This document shows, one piece after another, positions 46,653 to 53,649 of a DNA stretch of 53,649 nucleotides. Position 1 is the stretch's first letter. Each line of letters starts with the position of its first letter. Both the position numbers and the translations under genes were made by a program. Source of the stretch: an uncultured Chlorobiota bacterium (lineage in GTDB: Bacteria > Bacteroidota > Bacteroidia > Bacteroidales > JAADGE01); the NCBI GenBank assembly GCA_947311265.1, contig CAMZKQ010000240.1:1-53649 (forward strand). The letters run 5' to 3'. Below the pieces are notes generated by a model. The model did not search any database and was not told the DNA's origin. It was given only the letters and a program-made list of their open reading frames with translations.

Positions 46653-46683
46653 AAAAAGCCTAAATATACAACTTAGGCTTTTT
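46653..46683 (+). terminator. Rho-independent terminator of the deoC operon
   Basis: agcctaa (46657-46663) / ttaggct (46673-46679), 9-nt loop, then a T-run. Confidence 0.6.
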
Positions 46684-46735
46684 ATTTACCTTAACAATAA
46701 CTCATTTATTACTCGCTTTATAACTTAAATCTCCT

Positions 46736-49216
46736 ATGAAAAAAAAACTACTTTTAGGTTTATTCCTACTCCTTTCGGTAGGTATAATTAATGGGCAAAC
46801 CCTTTTAGATGAAAATTTTGATACCTACGAGCCAGCAGGCTGGCACGAAATGCAAGGGGCTTTGGCAGACCCTGTAATTGTTACCGCAGCCAACGACTCT
46901 CGGTGGTACAAAGATGGTTTTGCGAACAATGGCACAGAAGGTGCTGCTAAGCTCGGGCTTTTCTCTTTAACAAGGCTGGAGTGGCTAGTAACACCCACAC
47001 TCAACTTGGGCACAAGTGCAAATTTTGTTTTGCAATTCGATTTGGCACTTACCGAGTATAATAGCCCTGATTCTACAACTTTAGGGGCAGACGATAAGTT
47101 TGCAGTTGTTATTTCTATTGATGATGGTGTAACTTGGTCGTCGGTTAATACCTTAAGACTATGGACTGCAGCAGATGCAATCTCTGAAGAAGGGCAACGA
47201 GTGATAATCGACCTATCAGCTTATACAGGTAATGTTAAAATCGGCTTTTATGGGCAAACAGCTATTGATGATTCCAATATTGAAATTTTTATTGATAATG
47301 TAAATGTTTCTGCAGCTGCGGCAGTTCCTGCTTTTACCATCAGCCCTACGGGTAAGGATTATGCGGTTGTCGAAGTTTTTAAATCAAAAACAGCTGTTTT
47401 TACAGTAGCCAATATTGGTACAGGTGCAATTACCATTAATAGTGCGTCTGATATCACTATTTCAGGAACAGATGCAGCCCAATTTTCGGTACTCAATAAC
47501 GAAACATTCCCGCTTGTTTTAGAAAATATCTATGCAGCCAACTTCTTTGTAACCTATGCACCAATTGCTGGAGGAATACATAACGCAGTTCTAAGTTTTA
47601 CAGATTCTGATAGTAATATTTATACTGCCAACCTTACAGGAGAATGTTTCGACCCTATTCTTTACCCGCCTTTCGAGGAAGTATTAGATACTTGGCTACC
47701 TACTAATTGGGTGGAAACAAAGGGATTGTTGGCAACTCCGACAGTATTCAGCGGAACTTACTCCTCGTGGTCGCCAGATGGCTTTGCCAATGATGGAACT
47801 ACAGGGGCTGGACGACTTGAAATATATGGTACATCTAAGAAGGAATGGTTTATAAGCCCACCAATTCAACTCGGAAATACAAACAATTTTCAGTTAGAAT
47901 TTTTCTTGGGGCTCACCGTATGGAACACCACAGCAAGCTCAACATTAGGAACTGATGATAAGTTTGCAGTAGTTATATCTACCGATAATGGAGCCACATG
48001 GACCTCTACAAATGTGCTTAGAGAATGGGGAAGTAATGATGCAATATCGACTACTGGCGACCACGTAGTTATCGACCTATCGCCATATTCAGGACTTGTT
48101 AAAATTGGATTTTACGGGGAATCAACAATAGCTAACGAAGATAATAATATCTATATTGATAACATTTCAGTAAAAGAAATACCCGTTAATCCGGTTTTAA
48201 ATATGAGTGCTTCGGCTATTGATTTTGGAACAATAGAACCGAATACGACCTCGGACTATGTTTTAAATGTATCCAACTTTGGAGCAGGAACACTTAATAT
48301 CGCAGAAAGCGATATATCGCTAACCGGAGTTGCAGCAGGAATGTACAACCTTACAGTTGCTGGTGGCTTCCCGATTACTTTAAATACACAGGAATCTACT
48401 ACAATAACTATTCAATATGCACCCACTAGTGAGGGGACTCACGTGGCAGAATTAAAAGTAATATACCCTGCACTTACTGAAAACCTAGTAGCCCTAACAG
48501 GCGTTTCGCAAGACTTTACAATAACACCCAACTATACCGAAGGCTTTGAAGGCAGTTTCCCTCCATTAGGCTGGACAGCAATAGATTGGACTACAGGAAC
48601 AGAGGCTAATGCGGGGAGTGGCTGTGCTGATGTTGAATACAACCATTCGGGAGAAGCACTCTTAGTAAGCCCACTAATAGACTTAACGGCAGGCAGCTAT
48701 ATGCTTTCTTTCTACTGGAAAGATGATGACATCTCTGGTAGAGTTCAAGGGCACGATACTACATTTTTTGAAATTAAACTAGAAGGAGAGCTAGAGTGGA
48801 CTACGCTCGACACTTTGAGTAATGCTGGAAACCACTCTCAATATGTTCAGCAAAGTTATAGTCTTGACAGTTATGCTGGAGAAAAAGTAAACATTCGCTG
48901 GCGAGATGTTTCCGATGCGAGTTTCAATGCCTATGGTACAGGAATTGATGATATTTCTATCACAGGAACAATTGCTGTTAAAAGTATTGAAAAAGGCATT
49001 AAAATATACCCTAACCCAGTATCAGGTTTTTTGAATATTGAAACCAATGGGGTTTACAATATTGTTATTTTAGATATAAATGGAAGGGTAGTTGGGGAAC
49101 AAAAATCAAACCCAAGGCATACGCAAATAGATTTCTCAAATAAAAACGCAGGTGTTTATTTTATAAAACTAATGAATAATAAGGAAACTCGAACTTTGAA
49201 AATTATTCGATTTTAA
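46736..49216 (+). CDS. T9SS-secreted multidomain protein (three MAM/choice-of-anchor-J-like modules, two Ig-like modules, C-terminal sorting domain)
   Basis: Signal peptide. Internal repeats (…DGFANNGTEGAAKL…GADDKFAVVISIDDGVTWSS… vs …DGFANDGTTGAGRL…GTDDKFAVVISTDNGATWTS…). The C-terminus KIYPNPVSGFLNIET…GVYFIKLMNNKETRTLKIIRF is a T9SS CTD. Confidence 0.8.
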   Translation: MKKKLLLGLFLLLSVGIINGQTLLDENFDTYEPAGWHEMQGALADPVIVTAANDSRWYKDGFANNGTEGAAKLGLFSLTRLEWLVTPTLNLGTSANFVLQFDLALTEYNSPDSTTLGADDKFAVVISIDDGVTWSSVNTLRLWTAADAISEEGQRVIIDLSAYTGNVKIGFYGQTAIDDSNIEIFIDNVNVSAAAAVPAFTISPTGKDYAVVEVFKSKTAVFTVANIGTGAITINSASDITISGTDAAQFSVLNNETFPLVLENIYAANFFVTYAPIAGGIHNAVLSFTDSDSNIYTANLTGECFDPILYPPFEEVLDTWLPTNWVETKGLLATPTVFSGTYSSWSPDGFANDGTTGAGRLEIYGTSKKEWFISPPIQLGNTNNFQLEFFLGLTVWNTTASSTLGTDDKFAVVISTDNGATWTSTNVLREWGSNDAISTTGDHVVIDLSPYSGLVKIGFYGESTIANEDNNIYIDNISVKEIPVNPVLNMSASAIDFGTIEPNTTSDYVLNVSNFGAGTLNIAESDISLTGVAAGMYNLTVAGGFPITLNTQESTTITIQYAPTSEGTHVAELKVIYPALTENLVALTGVSQDFTITPNYTEGFEGSFPPLGWTAIDWTTGTEANAGSGCADVEYNHSGEALLVSPLIDLTAGSYMLSFYWKDDDISGRVQGHDTTFFEIKLEGELEWTTLDTLSNAGNHSQYVQQSYSLDSYAGEKVNIRWRDVSDASFNAYGTGIDDISITGTIAVKSIEKGIKIYPNPVSGFLNIETNGVYNIVILDINGRVVGEQKSNPRHTQIDFSNKNAGVYFIKLMNNKETRTLKIIRF

Positions 49217-49264
49217 CAAATTATAGCACTTACTTTTCGGTTTTAAAAAGAAAAGTTGCAAGCT

Positions 49265-49308
49265 AAAAAATAGCGTTATTCCACATTGTAGGAATAACGC
49301 TATTTTAT
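49265..49308. terminator. Bidirectional terminator between convergent genes
   Basis: Perfect 14-bp stem aatagcgttattcc (49269-49282) / ggaataacgctatt (49291-49304), flanked by an A-run on the left and T-rich sequence on the right. Confidence 0.7.
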
Positions 49309-49324
49309 TAAAAGCCAATTAGGA

Positions 49325-50581
49325 TTAATGTTTTATCTCCCCTATTTCATCAGGCTTATGCTCATGCTTGAATAGGAATAGGAAGAGTATGGCAACCACC
49401 AAGGCATATCCTGCAAAGGCGAGCCAAATATTGTGCCAATCCCAAACCTTATCTGCCCCGACAAAGAATTTTTCGATAACAACACCACTAACAATAGCCC
49501 CTATCATCGTGCCAAAACCGTTGGTCATCATCATAAAAAGCCCTTGTGCACTACCTCGCATTTTACTGCTGGTTTCTGTTTCGATAAAAAGAGAACCTGA
49601 AATATTGAAAAAATCAAATGCCATGCCATATACAATGCCAGACATTATAATCATCCAAAGACCTAGCCCTGGGTCGCCGAAGGCGAAAAATGCAAAACGA
49701 AGTACCCAAGCAAACATACTCATTATCATTACTTTTTTTATCCCAAAACGCTTTAAAAAGAAGGGGATAGTAAGTATGAATAGTGTTTCTGATATTTGAG
49801 ATATGGACATTATTATGGTCGAATATTTGACCACAAAAGAGTCGGCATATTGTGGCACATCTTTAAAATGATCTAGAAAACGGTCGCCGTACATGTTTGT
49901 TAGCTGCAAAGAGGCGCCTAATAACATTGAAAAGATGAAGAATACCGCCATTTTATAATTTTTGAACAGCTTAAATGCTTCTAAGCCAAATAGTTCTACA
50001 AAGGACGCATTTTTACTGGCTTTTTGTCCCGGAGGGCATTTGGGCAGTGTAAAAGAGTATATGCCTAAAATGGCTGATGCTAAAGCCGAGATATAAAACA
50101 TGTTTTCGCTAGCCTTATTTCCCGTAAGGTTGGTGAACCACATGGCGGCAATAAAACCGACAGTACCCCACACCCGAATTGGGGGGAAACTTTTTACAAC
50201 ATCTAGCTTTGCTTTGCTAAGGGCATTGTAGCCAATGGTATTGGTAAGTGATATGGTGGGCATATAAAAACTCATGGCAAGTAGTGCCACCCAAAAGAAG
50301 GTGTTGGGGTCGGTAATAAACGGAAAGCTGGCGATTGCCAAACCTGCTAATATGTGCGAAACGCCATAGACTACCTCTGCATTAACCCAGCGGTCGGCAA
50401 TAATCCCAGTGATTGTTGGCATAAAAAGGGAGGAGATACCAAGGGTTAAAAATACAGTTCCAAATTCTGTTGGGCCCCAGCCCATTGTGCCAAACCAGTA
50501 GTTGGCAAATGTTATTAGCCATGCTCCCCAAACAAAGAATTGTAAAAAATTCATTGCTGTTAATCTCAATTTTACGTCCAT
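49325..50581 (-). CDS. nupG: Nucleoside:H+ symporter, NupG/XapB family (MFS)
   Basis: 418 aa. The N-terminus MNFLQFFVWGAWLITF…FMPTITGIIADRW…FPPIRVWGTVGFIAAMW closely parallels E. coli NupG as I remember it (…LSFLQFCLWGSWLTT…FMPALLGIVADKW…FPPIRIWGTIGFIMAMW). Confidence 0.8.
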   Translation of the reverse strand: MDVKLRLTAMNFLQFFVWGAWLITFANYWFGTMGWGPTEFGTVFLTLGISSLFMPTITGIIADRWVNAEVVYGVSHILAGLAIASFPFITDPNTFFWVALLAMSFYMPTISLTNTIGYNALSKAKLDVVKSFPPIRVWGTVGFIAAMWFTNLTGNKASENMFYISALASAILGIYSFTLPKCPPGQKASKNASFVELFGLEAFKLFKNYKMAVFFIFSMLLGASLQLTNMYGDRFLDHFKDVPQYADSFVVKYSTIIMSISQISETLFILTIPFFLKRFGIKKVMIMSMFAWVLRFAFFAFGDPGLGLWMIIMSGIVYGMAFDFFNISGSLFIETETSSKMRGSAQGLFMMMTNGFGTMIGAIVSGVVIEKFFVGADKVWDWHNIWLAFAGYALVVAILFLFLFKHEHKPDEIGEIKH

Positions 50582-50640
50582 AATTATTGGTTTTTATTGG
50601 TCATCAAACTATTTCTGAATTTTAAAGTATTTTAGCGGTA

Positions 50641-51300
50641 TTATTCTTCGTTGTCAGAGTTGTCTTTTGCGGCGGCTTGGTCTAAATCTGTTTTTAGCTG
50701 TACTATGTCCCTTATCTTACCTGCTGCTTCATAATTTTCTTCATGCAAGGCTCTGTTCATAAGCTCATCTAAGTCCTCAAAAGAGGCACGAAAAAGAAGT
50801 GTATCTTCGTCTAAATCGTTAAGGTCTATCTTTTCGATATTAAAGTCGTTGCTCTCCTGTACTTCAAATTCGTTATGAGTTGGGTTGAGTAGAATGCCTG
50901 CTTTTTTCATTATTTTTGCTTGGCAAAAAATGGGGGCTTCAAAGCGTAATGCTATAGCAATAGCGTCAGAGGTACGAGAGTCTATTTGTGTTTTTATGCC
51001 GTTGCCTTCAAGGGTTATTTCGGAGTAAAAAATACCTTCTTCTAACTTTAGGATATTTATTTCGGTAACTTTTATATTAAATTCCTTGGCAAATATTCTA
51101 AATAGGTCGTGCGTAAGAGGGCGTTTGGGCGATAGCCCTTCTAGCTGAATAGCAATGGCCTGTGCTTCTGTTGTGCCAATAATTATAGGTAAACGCATTT
51201 GTTTTTTTTTCTCGCCCAAAATAAGGGCATAGGCCCCAGTTTGGGTTTGGCTGTAGGAAAGGCCTATTACTTCTAATTGTATTTTTTGATTTTTAGCCAT
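50641..51300 (-). CDS. Bifunctional nuclease family protein (DUF151) with C-terminal UVR motif
   Basis: MAKNQKIQLEVIGLSYSQTQTGAYALILGE…LPIIIGTTEAQAIAIQLEG…RPLTHDLF is a typical DUF151 core. The C-terminal EENYEAAGKIRD is a UvrB/UvrC-type motif. The ATG at 51300 is preferred over the track's TTG at 51339. Confidence 0.75.
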   Translation of the reverse strand: MAKNQKIQLEVIGLSYSQTQTGAYALILGEKKKQMRLPIIIGTTEAQAIAIQLEGLSPKRPLTHDLFRIFAKEFNIKVTEINILKLEEGIFYSEITLEGNGIKTQIDSRTSDAIAIALRFEAPIFCQAKIMKKAGILLNPTHNEFEVQESNDFNIEKIDLNDLDEDTLLFRASFEDLDELMNRALHEENYEAAGKIRDIVQLKTDLDQAAAKDNSDNEE

Positions 51301-51429
51301 CTTAATTATTGAGCTGGGCAGTTGCACTAAATTTGCCAAGTATTTAATGATTTACTAATATCTAATATTAGATAGAAGATTAACAAAAACAAAGATAGGA
51401 AAATTAGAATGTTTTGCAATATTTTAATT

Positions 51430-53355
51430 TTAAATATATTTTTCGAGGGCTTCACTTTGTAACTCCCAGTTTTCCATGGCCGTTTCTAAGTCCGATTTTA
51501 ACTGCTCAAAATCGGAATAAAAATTGTTATCATCAATTATTTCCCCAGAGGATAATGTTTTTTCAGCATTAGCTATTTTTTGCTCCAAGCCCTCTATTTG
51601 AGCCTCTGTTTTTTTAAATTTATTTTGTAATTTCCTTAATTCATTTTTAGAAATAGATTCTTTTTGTATTAATGTGTTACTTTTCTTAACCTTTTGTTTA
51701 TTACTGATATTTAATGATTTATCTTTCTTTTCAATCATTTTTAAATTCTCTAGCTTTTTCTTTTTAAGGAAAAGTTCTATATCGCCCGAGTGCTGTTTAA
51801 TTTTCCGATTATCAAATTCATAAATTTTACCGACCAAGCCCTGTAAAAAGTCCCTATCGTGCGATACCAAAATTAACGTACCATCGTAGTTTTGTAGGGC
51901 TTGTTTTAAGATGTCCTTAGAGTGCATGTCCAAATGGTTAGTTGGCTCATCAAGAATAAGCAGATTGTAGGGCTCAAGCATCAATTTGGCAAGTGCCAAA
52001 CGGGCCCGCTCGCCGCCCGACAGCACCATTACTTTTTTATCAATATCTTCCCCACGGAAAAGGAACTGCCCCAAAATATCCCGCACACGCTTGCGAACAT
52101 CGCCCACGGCAATATCGTCAAGGGTTTCAAAAACGGTTTTATTGGGGTCTAAAAATCGGTCTTGATTTTGAGCATAATAGCCAATTTTTACATTATGCCC
52201 AATAATCATTTTGCCATGGTAGGGCAAATCGTTCATCAACACCCGCACAAGCGTAGTTTTGCCTTGCCCATTTTTCCCTGCAAAAGCCACCTTTTCGCCA
52301 CGCTCTATTACCAGGTAAATATCCTCTAAAATAGGCTCGGCATCGTATCGCTTTGTAAGCGATTTTGTTTCCGCAACGATAGTGCCAGAGCGAGGTGCTG
52401 GCGGAAATCGGAAAGAAAGATTAGAAAAATCGTCTTCATCAATTTCTATGCGTTCCACCTTTGCCAGTTGCTTTATACGAGATTGTACAATGGCGGCTTT
52501 GGAGGCCTGATAGCGAAAACGAGCAATAAATGCTTCGGTATCCTCAATCATTTTGCGTTGGTTGAGGTAGGCAGCTCTTTGTTGCTGCCGACGCTCCACA
52601 CGTAGCTCTTTATACTTGGTGTATGAGGCCTTGTAATCGTACGCCTTACCGGCGGATATTTCGATGGTTCGGCGAGTGATGCCATCTAAGAAAGCCCTAT
52701 CGTGCGAAATCATAACGATGGCACTCGATGAGGCAATTAAAAAATCTTCGAGCCATTGGATAGACTCAATATCTAGGTGGTTGGTAGGCTCATCAAGTAG
52801 GAGTACGTTGGGGCGGCGAAGGAGGATTTTTGCAATTTCGATACGCATTCTCCAGCCGCCACTAAATTCTTGGGTAAGCCGAGTAAAATCGTTTTGGGTG
52901 AAGCCTAATCCTTTTAGTATTTTTTCGGCATCTGCTTCGGCGGAGGCTTCTCCGGCCATATCTAGCAACTCGCCAAGGTGGGTCATTTCTTCAATGAGCT
53001 TTGTGTAAGCGGCTGATTCGTAGTCGGTTCGGGTTTCTAATTCTTTGGTAATGCGTTTTATTTCTGCTTTCGCAGAATTGGTTTTTTCAAAAGCTGTGAG
53101 GGCTTCTTGCAGCACGGTTTTGCCTTCGGGATAAATCATTTGTTGGGGCAGATACCCAACTTCAATGTTGGGCGGTATGGAAATATTACCGCTATCTGGT
53201 TCTTGTTGCCCAGTCATTATCTTTAGTAGTGTGGATTTTCCTGCTCCATTTTTTCCGGTAAGCCCGATGCGGTCTTTTTTGTTTATCACAAATGAAATGC
53301 CTTTAAAAAGGTCTTTCCCTGTAAAGGATACGCTTATATTGTTTACTGAAATCAT
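51430..53355 (-). CDS. ABC-F family ATPase (no transmembrane domain; translation-factor type)
   Basis: 641 aa. Two NBDs (Walker A GKNGAGKST and GKNGQGKTT; signatures FSGGWRMR and LSGGERAR), an inter-domain linker and a C-terminal coiled coil. Confidence 0.9.
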   Translation of the reverse strand: MISVNNISVSFTGKDLFKGISFVINKKDRIGLTGKNGAGKSTLLKIMTGQQEPDSGNISIPPNIEVGYLPQQMIYPEGKTVLQEALTAFEKTNSAKAEIKRITKELETRTDYESAAYTKLIEEMTHLGELLDMAGEASAEADAEKILKGLGFTQNDFTRLTQEFSGGWRMRIEIAKILLRRPNVLLLDEPTNHLDIESIQWLEDFLIASSSAIVMISHDRAFLDGITRRTIEISAGKAYDYKASYTKYKELRVERRQQQRAAYLNQRKMIEDTEAFIARFRYQASKAAIVQSRIKQLAKVERIEIDEDDFSNLSFRFPPAPRSGTIVAETKSLTKRYDAEPILEDIYLVIERGEKVAFAGKNGQGKTTLVRVLMNDLPYHGKMIIGHNVKIGYYAQNQDRFLDPNKTVFETLDDIAVGDVRKRVRDILGQFLFRGEDIDKKVMVLSGGERARLALAKLMLEPYNLLILDEPTNHLDMHSKDILKQALQNYDGTLILVSHDRDFLQGLVGKIYEFDNRKIKQHSGDIELFLKKKKLENLKMIEKKDKSLNISNKQKVKKSNTLIQKESISKNELRKLQNKFKKTEAQIEGLEQKIANAEKTLSSGEIIDDNNFYSDFEQLKSDLETAMENWELQSEALEKYI

Positions 53356-53386
53356 TTCGCTTTTATGTCTGATTTATTAGAGTTTA

Positions 53387-53394
53387 CAAAAGTA
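53387..53394 (-). promoter_or_regulatory. Candidate -7 box (TAnnTTTG) for the ABC-F gene
   Basis: Plus-strand caaaagta reads TACTTTTG on the minus strand, 32 nt upstream of the ATG at 53355. Confidence 0.4.
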
Positions 53395-53649
53395 GGAAAA
53401 TTTATGAGTTGTATTTTATTTTTTGAAGTTTTTTAAAATACTAGGAAATTTTTGGTTTGAATTCAATTTTTAGATAGGAAGCTGATGTTAAAATCTACGG
53501 AAAGTCTAGTCTTGTTTAAAACCTGCTCTATAACATAAAAATAAGTTTTGGAAATCGTTTTTTTTTTTTTTCAGTTTTGCAGCGTAGAAACCCAACAAAA
53601 ATAAATTCATTTTTTAACACTTTAAATTATTTTTTTATGAAAAAATTAT

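Noticed and set aside
53637-53649. Start of a plus-strand gene (ATG AAA AAA TTA…) at the right edge.
   Set aside because: Only 13 nt are visible. It is plausible as a signal-peptide-like MKKL start but cannot be supported as a feature.
1-53649. CRISPR arrays, IS elements or transposases, prophage, toxin-antitoxin pairs or known defence systems.
   Set aside because: None found. There are no regularly spaced direct repeats and no transposase, integrase, RT, Cas or restriction-like ORFs in the six-frame track. The YwqK-like MORN protein has a signal peptide and no adjacent toxin gene.

Overview
This window reads as an ordinary chromosomal, mostly housekeeping segment of a low-GC Bacteroidota genome. 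Supporting signs are three proteins with T9SS (Por) C-terminal sorting domains, TAnnTTTG -7 promoter boxes, A-rich leaders with no Shine-Dalgarno sequence, and lineage-typical families (DUF4292, DUF4175, DUF3098, FISUMP domain). I can support about 47 protein-coding genes, one tRNA-Cys(GCA), several intrinsic terminators and several candidate promoters. One coding gene is an edge-truncated ORF missing from the supplied track.

Recognisable core genes are nadA, rpiB, hemW, ruvB, ybeY, mnmG, ade, uvrC, ftsX, deoC, a NupG-type nucleoside permease and an ABC-F ATPase. Operon-like blocks:
- 21318-32733: T9SS M1 peptidase, TPR lipoprotein, DUF4292 lipoprotein, EnvC-like degenerate LytM protein, DUF4175-like giant protein, YbeY, MnmG.
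- 38168-41668 (minus strand): GT8, two SAM methyltransferases, Wzx-like flippase.
- 43240-46621: deoC, aldehyde dehydrogenase, truncated ALDH-like protein.

I see no CRISPR array, transposase, integrase, rRNA, or recognisable defence or toxin system. I cannot honestly point to a convincing novel multi-gene system.

The signals most worth a second look:
1. Three otherwise well-conserved genes are disrupted. Two carry single in-frame TAA codons 1.8 kb apart (ypfJ-like, FISUMP-domain protein) and one carries a 1-nt frameshift (DUF45).
2. A near-identical 18-22 nt CACGTG-centred palindrome brackets the adenine deaminase gene.
3. A 568-bp ORF-free region of about 20% GC lies between rpiB and nadA.
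4. A nested-hairpin intergenic element sits at 7.2-7.37 kb.
5. A catalytically truncated ALDH paralogue sits in the deoC operon.
6. The uncharacterised envelope gene block ends in a 1127-aa DUF4175-like protein abutting ybeY with no intergenic gap.

All functional calls come from motif or family recognition by eye. No database search was run.
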